From Nanobdellota archaeon (GTDB lineage Archaea > Nanobdellota > Nanobdellia > Woesearchaeales > JAHIVG01): a DNA stretch of 64,000 nucleotides. Positions 27,573 through 36,575 of this stretch are shown in pieces. The stretch covers positions 13,796 to 77,795 of the forward strand of contig JAZDHH010000015.1 in assembly GCA_043806015.1 (NCBI GenBank). The letters run 5' to 3'. The notes beneath the pieces are model-generated. The model was not told the origin of the DNA. It searched no databases and worked only from the letters and a program-made list of their open reading frames with translations. A program made the position numbers and the translations under genes. How positions within the stretch are numbered: position 1 is the first letter of the stretch; the number at the start of each line of letters is the position of its first letter.

Positions 27573-28226
27573 ATGCTCGGTTTTTTCCGTAAAAGGGATG
27601 CTGAAGAGATGTCAAGCCGGGTCGAACAGGCATTTTCCAAGGTGGACACGGACCTCCGCCATGTCCAGACGTGGATCAACCATGTCCAGGACAGGCATCA
27701 GGAGCTTGAGATGGCTCATCAGGACCATCTAAGCATCACCCGGAGGGATGTCCAGCACCTGAACAGCTGGGTGCAATACCTCCATAAGCACCTTTCCGGC
27801 CTCCATGGGGGGGTGAAGCAGCTCTCTGAAGGCCTAAAAATGGTCCAGGAAAGCCAAAACAGGCTTTCACAAAGGCTTGAAAGCCTTGAGCAGAAGTCTC
27901 ACTTTTTAGGTTTGGAACAGCCAAAACAGGCATTGGCGCCTCCCAGGATGGTGCCTAAAGGGCCGGATACGGGAATGGTGCAACTCCATAACGTGGATCT
28001 TCTTTCACCATCAGAACGCGATGTGGTCAGGGTCCTTGTCCATAGCCCGGAGCCGTTGGATTACCATGCCTTGGCATCCAAGCTCGGCCTCAATTACACA
28101 ACAGTCAAGAACCTCATCTATCGCATGAAGAAGAAAGGTTTTGTGATCAGGAACCGGCTGAATGCGCAGGGCGAAAAGGAATTTTTCCTTGACCAGATGT
28201 TCCGCATCCGGGTCAGCGGCAGATAA
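27573..28226 (+). CDS. coiled-coil protein with C-terminal MarR-like winged HTH
   Basis: Heptad-rich N-terminal half. C-terminal …LSPSERDVVRVLVHSPEPLDYHALASKLGLNYTTVKNLIYRMKKKGFV…. Confidence 0.55.
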   Translation: MLGFFRKRDAEEMSSRVEQAFSKVDTDLRHVQTWINHVQDRHQELEMAHQDHLSITRRDVQHLNSWVQYLHKHLSGLHGGVKQLSEGLKMVQESQNRLSQRLESLEQKSHFLGLEQPKQALAPPRMVPKGPDTGMVQLHNVDLLSPSERDVVRVLVHSPEPLDYHALASKLGLNYTTVKNLIYRMKKKGFVIRNRLNAQGEKEFFLDQMFRIRVSGR

Positions 28227-28265
28227 TAAATGGATGGAAATGCATAGAAAACTGGGATAGAAAAC

Positions 28266-28620
28266 GGGTGTCACCATAGTGTCACTTTGGTGACATAGAC
28301 GAGGAAAATGGCGTTTTGCCCCGGGATTCCGCAAGCAGGCTTCCGCCTGTTTTCACGGATATCTCTCTTCTCCGTCGGAGAATCCGTTCACGCCCGCGAA
28401 AAATGACTTCCTGCCTCAGAAGGATGCGCGTCACACCCGTGTCACTTTGGTGACATAGACGACAAAAGGCCTTTTTGGTGACACGAGTGACGTGACACGT
28501 CACCGATGACACGCTCCCGGTGACAACGCCTTTTATCGACGAGAAATAGAAAATGCTACGCGAGAGCGGAAAAGAGCCACCGACGATGTCACCACGGTGT
28601 CACTTTGGTGACATAGACGC
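28266..28620. repeat. three copies of a ~33-bp repeat GTCACnnnnnGTGTCACTTTGGTGACATAGACG (cores at 28279-28301, 28439-28461, 28597-28619), spaced ~159 bp apart, plus extra GTGAC/GTCAC half-sites at 28478-28525
   Basis: Read directly from the sequence. The core contains the perfect palindrome TGTCAC-TTTG-GTGACA. The region is non-coding and lies between convergent gene ends (28226 and 28600). Confidence 0.75.
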
Positions 28621-29106
28621 TGTTGAAAAACGGCGCAGGGCCATAAAAACCTTGTTCGCGAGCGCCCGCGGCGTCGCGCGCGTGCTGTCCGCGACCAGTA
28701 CGCGATGCTTCCCAACCCTTGCTTCATGCCCACACACATCGAGCAGTTCACAATCCAGGTTTTCCTGGATTTTTTCAGGGCTGTATCTACGGGCTGAGAG
28801 GCGCTTGCGGAGGATATCGGTCTGGCAGCGCAGGAGGATGCAGGCGTCAAAGAAATGGGGGGGCAAGGTCTGGCTCAGATGTCCTTCAACGATGTAGCCG
28901 CCTTTGGGCAGGTTCGCCCTGAGGCTTTTCTCCAGCGCCTTGGGATCGATGACCATGCTCTCTCGCTTGGAGTCATAGGCTTCCGCGAGCCTGTGGCGCT
29001 TGATGTATTGGGTGAGATGGATGACTTTCGTCCCTAGCAAAAGTGAGAGCTCGTCAGCCAGTGAGCTCTTGCCGACCCCGGGCGTGCCGGTTATCGCGAG
29101 GCGCAT
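28600..29106 (-). CDS. Fap7/AK6-like P-loop kinase (putative adenylate kinase involved in small-subunit rRNA maturation)
   Basis: MRLAITGTPGVGKSS Walker A, ~168 aa, NMP-kinase-like. Confidence 0.7.
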   Translation of the reverse strand: MRLAITGTPGVGKSSLADELSLLLGTKVIHLTQYIKRHRLAEAYDSKRESMVIDPKALEKSLRANLPKGGYIVEGHLSQTLPPHFFDACILLRCQTDILRKRLSARRYSPEKIQENLDCELLDVCGHEARVGKHRVLVADSTRATPRALANKVFMALRRFSTASMSPK

Positions 29107-29137
29107 GAGCTATCATCCAGGCCATTTGCTTATAAAG

Positions 29138-29740
29138 CTAGCCTTTTCGCTTGGCGATGAAATAGGTTAAAAGAAGAACCGCGGATACTGCTATTCCGCC
29201 AACGAGGAACCAGAACCAGGATCCTAGCGAAACAGAGGCTTTGGCGACTTCTCCGGCCGCATTCTGAGCCACGAATGTCGCGCTTTCGTCTGCTGCAGAC
29301 CTTAATGCCTCTGGAGCGGCGGCCATCATCGTCTTTTCCCGGGGCAACACCCGGTAGAAGTAAAGGATGCCGGCGCCAAGGAGAAGAACGCCGAGAGCAG
29401 GGAGTGTATGCCGGATGCTGACCTTCAGGCCCTCCTTCGACTCTGGAGCGATGATGATGAACTTGTTGGCGAGGGCGTAATGATTGACCTCTTTGCCCTT
29501 CTGGCTGTAATGGAACTCTTCCGCTGTCACGAGATTGGCGGCAAGGAGCTGCTGCAGATTGTAATGCACGGTCGAGAGAGGCATCTGCAGCTCATCGCCG
29601 ATCTGCGTCTCTGTGGCCTCCTTCTGGGCGAGGAGGTCGAGGATGCGGCGGCAGGTGTCGCTGGAGATCACCTGGGCGAGCTTCTTGGCCTTGTCCTCCT
29701 TCATGGAGACAAGGAGAAAGGTTTCCTTTTTCGGCTTCAT
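29138..29740 (-). CDS. membrane-anchored ArsR-family HTH regulator
   Basis: N-terminal wHTH (…CRRILDLLAQKEATETQIGDELQMPLSTVHYNLQQL…) followed by two TM helices. Confidence 0.7.
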   Translation of the reverse strand: MKPKKETFLLVSMKEDKAKKLAQVISSDTCRRILDLLAQKEATETQIGDELQMPLSTVHYNLQQLLAANLVTAEEFHYSQKGKEVNHYALANKFIIIAPESKEGLKVSIRHTLPALGVLLLGAGILYFYRVLPREKTMMAAAPEALRSAADESATFVAQNAAGEVAKASVSLGSWFWFLVGGIAVSAVLLLTYFIAKRKG

Positions 29741-29844
29741 GTCGTCCTGGGAGGCGACGGCCTATATAAACATTGCTTTGGCTTTGAACAGGATGGAAGG
29801 CTTCAACGATAGCTATTTATATGCCGGCCGGCAACGCATGGACT

Positions 29845-30243
29845 ATGCCGTCCTTCAGTATCCAGACCGAAGGCAAGGAGTCCCTGACTGACATCACGGC
29901 CGAGGTGGAGCGGCTCGTCGCCGCATCAGGCGCACGCGAAGGCGTCTGCAGCGTCTATGTGCCGCACGCCACCGCCGCCCTGGCAATCAACGAAAACGCT
30001 GATCCGGCCGTGCAGGATGACATCCTGGAAGCCCTGAGGGGACAGGTCAAGGACAGCGGCTGGAGGCATGACCGCATCGACGGGAATGCCGCCGCCCACA
30101 TCAAGGCGGCCATCATCGGACCGAGCGAGACCATCCCGATCAGGGAAGGGAAGCTCGCCCTGGGAACCTGGCAGGACATCTTCCTCTGCGACTTCGATGG
30201 GCCGCGGCAGCGGAAGGTCCTGGTGACGATCATCAAAGCGTAG
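29845..30243 (+). CDS. YjbQ/UPF0047 family protein
   Basis: …LAINENADPAVQDDILEAL…HIKAAIIGPSETIPIREGKLALGTWQDIFLCDFDG… matches the family's conserved motifs. Confidence 0.8.
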   Translation: MPSFSIQTEGKESLTDITAEVERLVAASGAREGVCSVYVPHATAALAINENADPAVQDDILEALRGQVKDSGWRHDRIDGNAAAHIKAAIIGPSETIPIREGKLALGTWQDIFLCDFDGPRQRKVLVTIIKA

Positions 30244-30385
30244 ATGAGGCAGAAAAGCTGGCATCGGACTGGTGCCTAAGGCGGATTGTGCGTGATGACT
30301 GAGTGAACACCAACTGAGCGCAAGCGATGATGAACAGAAGTAACTTAGGAGCGCATCCAAAGCCTTAGCCAGAACATGCAGACAG

Positions 30386-30805
30386 CTAGCTCGATTTCTT
30401 GAAATACTTCCACTCGTGGAGGAGGAGGAGCAGCGTCACCGCGAGCGTGGTGACCATGGCGCCAAAGTAATAGCCGAATCCTATGGCGATGCCGATGAGG
30501 CAGACAGCCCACAGCGAGGCCGCGGTCGTGAGGCCGCGGACATGCCCGCCGAAGTGGATGATGGTGCCCGCCCCCAAGAATCCTATGCCGGTGATGAGGC
30601 CTTGCGCAATCTTCGCCGCAGAGTCTGGGTCTGGGAACGTGGTCAATGCGATGAGGATGCCCAACGTCGACCCGAGGCAGACCAGGATGTGCGTCCTCAG
30701 CCCTGCTGCCATGTGCTCATGCTCGCGCTCGAAGCCGACGGCCCCACCGAAAAGCACCGCTAGGAAAAGGCGCAGGAGCATCTCATTGAGGCCGATAACT
30801 GACAT
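30386..30805 (-). CDS. MgtC/SapB family membrane protein
   Basis: …LFGGAVGFEREHEHMAAGLRTHILVCLGSTL… MgtC signature, 139 aa. Confidence 0.8.
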   Translation of the reverse strand: MSVIGLNEMLLRLFLAVLFGGAVGFEREHEHMAAGLRTHILVCLGSTLGILIALTTFPDPDSAAKIAQGLITGIGFLGAGTIIHFGGHVRGLTTAASLWAVCLIGIAIGFGYYFGAMVTTLAVTLLLLLHEWKYFKKSS

Positions 30806-30860
30806 AGGGCTTGTTCAAAAGAAGCATAGATAAAAAGCTTTGTTGCCATTCGGGAATGGG

Positions 30861-32009
30861 TCAGCCGAACATCTGCAGGAATTCCTCGTCCTTCTCCTGC
30901 TGCTTGACCTTGGCGATGGCGGCCACGAAGTCCTTTTCGATGATCTTCTGCCGGTTCGCGCGTATGGCGAAATAGCCGGCTTCGGTGCAGGCCGCCCTGA
31001 TCTCCGCGCCGGAGAAGCCCTGCATCTTCAGGACCAGGGCTTTCACGTTGTGCGTTTCCTCCAGTTTCATGTTCCTGCTGTGGATTCCGAAGATCTGCTC
31101 TATGCCTTCCTTGGACGGGAGCGGGATGAAGATCTGCCGGTCGAGACGGCCAGGCCGCAGGATCGCAGGATCGAGGATGTCCCTGCGGTTGGTGCAGCCG
31201 ATGACCTTGACATTGCCGAGAGGCTTGAAGCCGTCAATCTCGGCGAGGAGCTGCATGAAGGTGCGCTGCACCTCGCGCTCGCCCGAGGTGCCGATCTCGA
31301 TGCGCTTGGCCGCGATGGCGTCGAGCTCGTCGATGAAGATGATGGACGGGGCGCGAGCCTTGGCGAGCTCGAAGACCTCCTTGACCAGCTTGGCTCCCTC
31401 GCCGATGAACTTCTGCACCAGCTCCGAGCCGACAATCTCGATGAAGGTGCTGTTCGTGGACGCGGCGACCGCTTTCGCGAGGAGCGTCTTCCCCGTCCCC
31501 GGATCGCCATAGAGAAGGATGCCTTTCGGCGGCGTGATGCCGACCTTCTTGAAGAGCTCCGGCTTCTTCAGGGGAAGCTCGATGACTTCCTGCACTTCGG
31601 TGATCTGCGCCGAAAGGCCGCCGACGTCCTCCCACGAGACCTCCGGCTTTTCCATGATGACGAACTTCTCGACATCGAACTTCTTGCCTACCTGCAGCTT
31701 CCGGAGGACCGTGAGGTTGCGCTGCTCGACGAGCGCAGAGTCACCGGCCGCTATCGGCCCGCAGCTCTTCGAGATGTTCACGAGGAACTGGTTGCCGTTG
31801 GGAACCCGGATGATGGCGTGCTCGCCCTGCACCTCGCGGATGTCGCAGATCATCAGCGGCGTCGCCTTGAAGCGCTCGAGCTCGTTCCTCAGGTTCTGGA
31901 TGGTCTCGCGGAGCAGCCGGTTCTCTTCCTCGAGCTGGGAGGCCTGCATCGTGAAATTGTAGATCACGTTTTCAGCGTCCTTGTCTTCTTCCTTGGTTGT
32001 CATGGTCAT
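30861..32009 (-). CDS. pan: proteasome-activating nucleotidase (PAN), AAA+ ATPase
   Basis: Coiled-coil N-terminus, OB domain, AAA Walker A GPPGTGKT. ATGA coupling with the upstream pmbA stop. Confidence 0.95.
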   Translation of the reverse strand: MTMTTKEEDKDAENVIYNFTMQASQLEEENRLLRETIQNLRNELERFKATPLMICDIREVQGEHAIIRVPNGNQFLVNISKSCGPIAAGDSALVEQRNLTVLRKLQVGKKFDVEKFVIMEKPEVSWEDVGGLSAQITEVQEVIELPLKKPELFKKVGITPPKGILLYGDPGTGKTLLAKAVAASTNSTFIEIVGSELVQKFIGEGAKLVKEVFELAKARAPSIIFIDELDAIAAKRIEIGTSGEREVQRTFMQLLAEIDGFKPLGNVKVIGCTNRRDILDPAILRPGRLDRQIFIPLPSKEGIEQIFGIHSRNMKLEETHNVKALVLKMQGFSGAEIRAACTEAGYFAIRANRQKIIEKDFVAAIAKVKQQEKDEEFLQMFG

Positions 32010-33313
32010 GCCGTCGAGGTGGTGATGCCCACGCCCTTGACCAGGGCGTGCGGGGTGACCACCGGATGCTCTGTCTCCCAGCACATCACTTGCCTGGAAT
32101 CTTTGCCGAGGGCGGCTGTCGCGGAAAGCATGCGGGGCAGCACGTCGCTGATGCGGAAGCCGCGGACAGGCCCCGCGATCTCGCCATCCTTGATGAGGAA
32201 CACCGCATCCCTGGGGACAGTCGAGAACTGGCCCGAGACATAGTTCTGGAACCGCGTGTACCAGAGGTTGGTCACCAGCAGCCCCTGCTTAACCTGCCCA
32301 ATCAGCTGCCCCTTATTATTTTTTCCTTTTTTCAGGACAAGGTTCCATGGCTCAGGGGCGACGAGGCCGGCGTTGCCGGTCGTCTTGGTGTGATACTTCC
32401 GCGCAAGCGAGGTGTTGTAAAGGTAATGCTCCAGCACCCCTTCTTTGATGATTGCCGTCCGCCTCGTGGGGACGCCCTCCTGGTCAAAGGGCGATGAATG
32501 GAAACCATCAGCAAGCCTGCCATCATCAAAAAGAGTGATGATCGGAGAGGCGACCTTCTTATGCAGCGCGCCAGCAAAGAAGGACACTCCGGCCTCCACA
32601 CTGAACATCGAGGCTGCTGATCCAACGAGATCGATGAGGTTGGCGAAGGCCAACGGCTCGAAGACGATGTCATAGGTCCCTGGCGCGAGGCGTTTTGGTC
32701 CCATCGCAAGGGCAGCTGTCTGGCCGGCTTCTTTCCCCGCCTCCGCCGGATCGATGCTAAGGGTTGAGCCGCAGCGCACCTGATGGCTTGAGGCGTCCTT
32801 CGCGGCAAACGATCTCAAGGAGAGGTAAATGTTCGTGCCTTTTGCTGTTGCGTCCACCCCTTCTGAAGTGAGCAGATGACGCTCAGAAGAGCCATATTCG
32901 AAAACACCGCTCGAGCGGACCGCACCCGCGTCCTTCGCGGCTTCGATCGCGTCCTTGACCATTACGGGCGCCCGGCCATCCAGACCGATGATGCGGCGAT
33001 CAAAGCTTTGCGGGACAGGAGCATAGCGGAACGGCCCCTTCGCGATGCCGAAGAACTCCTTGTTCTCGGGCAGCGACGCCGAGAACGCGATGAGGCGCCG
33101 GGCGACCTCCTTCGGTCCAGCGACAGACTGCAGCGCCACCACCGCGGTGCGTCGCTTGTAAGAGAAGAAAACCTCCACATGGCTCTGGTTCCAAAGCATG
33201 GGGGTGATGATGTCGTTGTTCACGAACTTCAGATGCGTGCGGTCGCTCTTCGTGTAGGCGATGGCGATGTCCTTCGCGCCCTGCTTTTCCAGTTCCCTCA
33301 GGAGCTTATCCAT
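32006..33313 (-). CDS. pmbA: TldE/PmbA family metalloprotease
   Basis: TldD/PmbA fold, paralogous to the adjacent tldD gene and overlapping it by 8 nt. Confidence 0.8.
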   Translation of the reverse strand: MDKLLRELEKQGAKDIAIAYTKSDRTHLKFVNNDIITPMLWNQSHVEVFFSYKRRTAVVALQSVAGPKEVARRLIAFSASLPENKEFFGIAKGPFRYAPVPQSFDRRIIGLDGRAPVMVKDAIEAAKDAGAVRSSGVFEYGSSERHLLTSEGVDATAKGTNIYLSLRSFAAKDASSHQVRCGSTLSIDPAEAGKEAGQTAALAMGPKRLAPGTYDIVFEPLAFANLIDLVGSAASMFSVEAGVSFFAGALHKKVASPIITLFDDGRLADGFHSSPFDQEGVPTRRTAIIKEGVLEHYLYNTSLARKYHTKTTGNAGLVAPEPWNLVLKKGKNNKGQLIGQVKQGLLVTNLWYTRFQNYVSGQFSTVPRDAVFLIKDGEIAGPVRGFRISDVLPRMLSATAALGKDSRQVMCWETEHPVVTPHALVKGVGITTSTA

Positions 33314-34700
33314 TGCGCACTCCCAGACGGACGCCTCTCAGCCTGATGGAAGGGCCACCCATGGACACCGGTATGCCCTGCATCGGCTCGCCCTTGCCGC
33401 ATGTCCCGGAGAAGAGCTGGAAGTCCTTTCCCACCGCGTCGATGGAGCCGTAGAGAGACTGGGTCGTGAGCTCAATCACCGGCTGGCGCAACGGGACTGT
33501 CAGCTTGCCGCCCTCGATGAGGTAGGCTTCGCTGCCGACATATTTTTGGTTGACCCGCGTGTCATCGATGTTCCATTCCATGAAGCTCTTGATGAAGACA
33601 CCGCGCTTCACCCCTGAGATGAGCTCCTCCTGGCCCTGATCCCGGGGAAGGATGAAGGTGTTGGACATTCGGGGGATAGGCTCCCGCTCGAAGCTCGCGG
33701 CCCGCGCAGAGCCGTTGCTCTGCACCTTGAGGTGCGCGGCCGTCTCCCGGCTGTGGAGCAGCTCGGTGATGATCCCTTCCTTCACCAGAAACTTCCTCCG
33801 CGCCTTGACCCCTTCGTCGTCGAAATGATAAAAGCCCGCTGAATGCTCAATGGTCGGGTCATCGACAAGGGTGATGCAAGGGGCGGCGATGCGGCTGCCG
33901 ATGACCTTCGGCGTGATGAAGGATTCGCCTGCCTGGGCTCCCTCGCGGCCGAAGATGCGGTCAGCCTCGTAGGGATGCCCGCCTGATTCGTGGACCAGGA
34001 TGCCGGTGACCTCCGGAGCGGCCACGACGTCCAGGATGCCTTTCGGCGAGGCTTCCGCCTTCGCCACGTTCCGCTGCATCGCGGCGATGTCTTCGCTGAG
34101 CATGCTTTCCATGCGCCAGGCCTTGACCTCTTTCCGGCCGCCGACAGAGCCTTTCTGCCAGAAGCGCTGCATGCTGCCATCGCCCAAGGTCCCCATGGCG
34201 AAGAGGCTGATGGCGGGGTAGGTCGACTCGATCTCGGTGCCTTCGGACGTCGCCACCCGCTTAAGAGTCTCTGAGGATGACAATGAGAAAAAACGGGTGG
34301 AGAGCGGCTTCGCTATCCGGTCAAGGTCGGTGAGGTAAGCCAGCGTCTCCTCTGGTGTCATCCCTTCTGCAGGGATCCTCACTTTAGCGTTGCGCTTCTT
34401 CGCAACCGCAAGCCTGGACTGCGACGGCGTCACGAGGTTGGATGCCTTGGCAGCCTTCGCCGCCCGCGCCATGATGCGGAAGAGGGATGCTTTCGTGAGC
34501 GTGTCGGTGGAGCAGAAGCAGAGCTTCCCTGCGACCATCATCCGGATGCCGACGCCTTCGCGCTCGGTGCATGCGCTGATCTCGGGGATGCTGTTCTTGA
34601 GGAGGAACCCTTGCGAGACCGCCTTCTCGTAGCGTGCCTCGGTATAGCTTGAGCCGAGCCTTTCGCCTTCTTTCAGGATAGAGGTGATAACCTTGTTCAT
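33306..34700 (-). CDS. tldD: TldD family metalloprotease
   Basis: HESGGHPYE metal-binding region, 464 aa. Confidence 0.85.
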   Translation of the reverse strand: MNKVITSILKEGERLGSSYTEARYEKAVSQGFLLKNSIPEISACTEREGVGIRMMVAGKLCFCSTDTLTKASLFRIMARAAKAAKASNLVTPSQSRLAVAKKRNAKVRIPAEGMTPEETLAYLTDLDRIAKPLSTRFFSLSSSETLKRVATSEGTEIESTYPAISLFAMGTLGDGSMQRFWQKGSVGGRKEVKAWRMESMLSEDIAAMQRNVAKAEASPKGILDVVAAPEVTGILVHESGGHPYEADRIFGREGAQAGESFITPKVIGSRIAAPCITLVDDPTIEHSAGFYHFDDEGVKARRKFLVKEGIITELLHSRETAAHLKVQSNGSARAASFEREPIPRMSNTFILPRDQGQEELISGVKRGVFIKSFMEWNIDDTRVNQKYVGSEAYLIEGGKLTVPLRQPVIELTTQSLYGSIDAVGKDFQLFSGTCGKGEPMQGIPVSMGGPSIRLRGVRLGVRNG

Positions 34701-35644
34701 CGGAATACGCTGAGATCTTCAACGAGCGCCTGCGCGACCGCCACCTTGAGGTCCTGCGGATGCAGGCCTTTGGAGAGGTAAAGCGTCTTGAGTTCATCGT
34801 GAGATGCTATAGTGATGTCGCCGCCGTGCTTCGCAGGCCGCCGGACCTCCAGCTTGCCCATCCGCGGCAGGATGAGGAGCTGAGCAATCGCGAAGATCGG
34901 GTTGTCTTCGGTCAGGGCTTCTGGACAGAAAGCCTTTGCCACTTTCTTCTGGATGGCCTCGGGAGAATCCGCAAGGGCGATATGCGATTCCGGCACAGAA
35001 GAGCTCATCTTGCCGCCTTTCTGCAAGGAGGGGATGAGGGGGCTGTGCACGCAGACCGGGGCCCGATAGTTCAAGAGGGGGAGCAGCTCGCGGGCGAGCA
35101 TGTGGATCTTGCGCTGCTCGATGCCTGCCTGGGCGATCTCCACGCCGAGCGCCTTGATGTCCTCGACCTGCATGAAAGGATAGATGATCTGGGATACCTT
35201 GGCGTGCTCGATGTCGCGGGCAATCTCCTGCATGCTCCGGAGGGCGCGCTGCAGCGTCGTGTCCAGCGACATCTTCAGCAGATCATCAAAATAGTTGAGG
35301 TTGCGCTGGAAGCTCGAGCCTAGGACGAACTCGGCATCGTCCAGCCCTGCCTTCTTGAAGGTGTCCTGCCACACCTTGGCCTGGTCGTGGATGAAGTCCC
35401 ATTCGCCCTTCTGGTTGAGATATGTATGCCAGTCTGCGAACAGCACTTTCACCCTGCAGCCGGCTTTCATCAGGTCCATAAGCTTGGTGATGGTGACGAG
35501 ATGGCCGAGATGCACCGGCCCTGAGGTCTCATAGCCGCAGTAGGTCACGGGATGCTTCTTGCGGTCGAAGAGCTCGATGAGCTCTTTCTCTTCAACAATT
35601 TCAACGGTGTTACGCTTGATGAGTTCGAGGCTTGCGGAATCCAT
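34697..35644 (-). CDS. tyrS: tyrosine--tRNA ligase (archaeal type)
   Basis: HLGH (PVHLGHL) and KMSSS-like motifs, 315 aa. TATA box TTTATATA at 35672-35679 about 28 nt upstream. Confidence 0.9.
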   Translation of the reverse strand: MDSASLELIKRNTVEIVEEKELIELFDRKKHPVTYCGYETSGPVHLGHLVTITKLMDLMKAGCRVKVLFADWHTYLNQKGEWDFIHDQAKVWQDTFKKAGLDDAEFVLGSSFQRNLNYFDDLLKMSLDTTLQRALRSMQEIARDIEHAKVSQIIYPFMQVEDIKALGVEIAQAGIEQRKIHMLARELLPLLNYRAPVCVHSPLIPSLQKGGKMSSSVPESHIALADSPEAIQKKVAKAFCPEALTEDNPIFAIAQLLILPRMGKLEVRRPAKHGGDITIASHDELKTLYLSKGLHPQDLKVAVAQALVEDLSVFR

Positions 35645-35975
35645 ACCTCAAGCCAACCTTTCAGAATTTATATACCTTTGGTTTCAGACGAGAAAGCCGG
35701 GGGTGGGGGCCATGTTTACCTAAGAGAATGAGGGGGCATATGGAGTTGGATGGATAAAGCGGGTGCCCGTGATCGATGAGTCTGGGGCGAACATTTATAA
35801 ATCATGCCCGAATCCCCAATCCCATTACCAACCGACCCTGGAAAGCGGGGGCGAATCTTGCGTGAGGTCATAAAAACCGCAAGGCTTTCTTGCGCAAGGT
35901 AATACCAGGCCACTGAAAACAAAGGACGGACAGCACAAAGAACGATTAACGAAATTAATACGAGGCGGTGATACC

Positions 35976-36575
35976 ATGGCAGAAGAGACCTTTTTAGTCC
36001 CGACGAATGTTTACCTGAAGGCGGGCATCCATATCGGCACCAAGTTCCAGACAAAGTACATGGAACGCTTCATCTACAAGACCAGGCCGGACGGCCTCGC
36101 CGTGCTGAACCTGCAGAAGATCGACGAGCGCATCAAGATCGCGGCGAAGATGCTTTCCTTCTACAACCCGGAAGATATCATGGTGGTGAGCAGGCGCGAG
36201 AACGGCTGGAAGGCGGCGAAGATGTTCGGTAAGGTCATCGGCTGCAGGGTATTCGCCGGCCGCTACCCGCCAGGCATCCTCACCAACCCCAAGCTCGAGA
36301 TCTTCACCGAAGCGAAGGTCCTGATCGCGACGGACGCGTGGCCTGACCGCAACCCGATCAACGACGCGATCAAGATCGGCATCCCGGTCGTCGCCCTCTG
36401 CGACACCAACAACCAGACGAACAACATCGACCTGGTGGTTCCCTGCAACAACAAGGGCAAGAAGAGCCTCGGCCTGCTGTTCTTCATCCTCGCCAAGGAA
36501 TTCCTCAAGGAGAAAGGCACCATCAAGAGCGACGAGGAGTTCAAGCAAACGATCGAGGACTTCACCGAAGAATGA
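35976..36575 (+). CDS. rps2: 30S ribosomal protein S2 (uS2)
   Basis: Conserved uS2 sequence. GAGGCGGTGAT RBS. Confidence 0.9.
   Translation: MAEETFLVPTNVYLKAGIHIGTKFQTKYMERFIYKTRPDGLAVLNLQKIDERIKIAAKMLSFYNPEDIMVVSRRENGWKAAKMFGKVIGCRVFAGRYPPGILTNPKLEIFTEAKVLIATDAWPDRNPINDAIKIGIPVVALCDTNNQTNNIDLVVPCNNKGKKSLGLLFFILAKEFLKEKGTIKSDEEFKQTIEDFTEE

Noticed and set aside
28266-28620. CRISPR array
   Set aside because: Only three repeat units. The repeat-to-repeat distance is ~159 bp, far longer than CRISPR spacers. The conserved unit itself is a palindromic protein-binding-type site. No cas genes are present.
30840-32243. 467-aa plus-strand ORF
   Set aside because: Antisense to PAN and pmbA.
35820-35860. 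RNase P RNA P4-like GGAAAG motif
   Set aside because: Only a 6-nt coincidence (GGAAAGCGGGGGCGA versus GGAAAGUCCGGGCUC). No other RNase P conserved regions are in the 330-bp gap.
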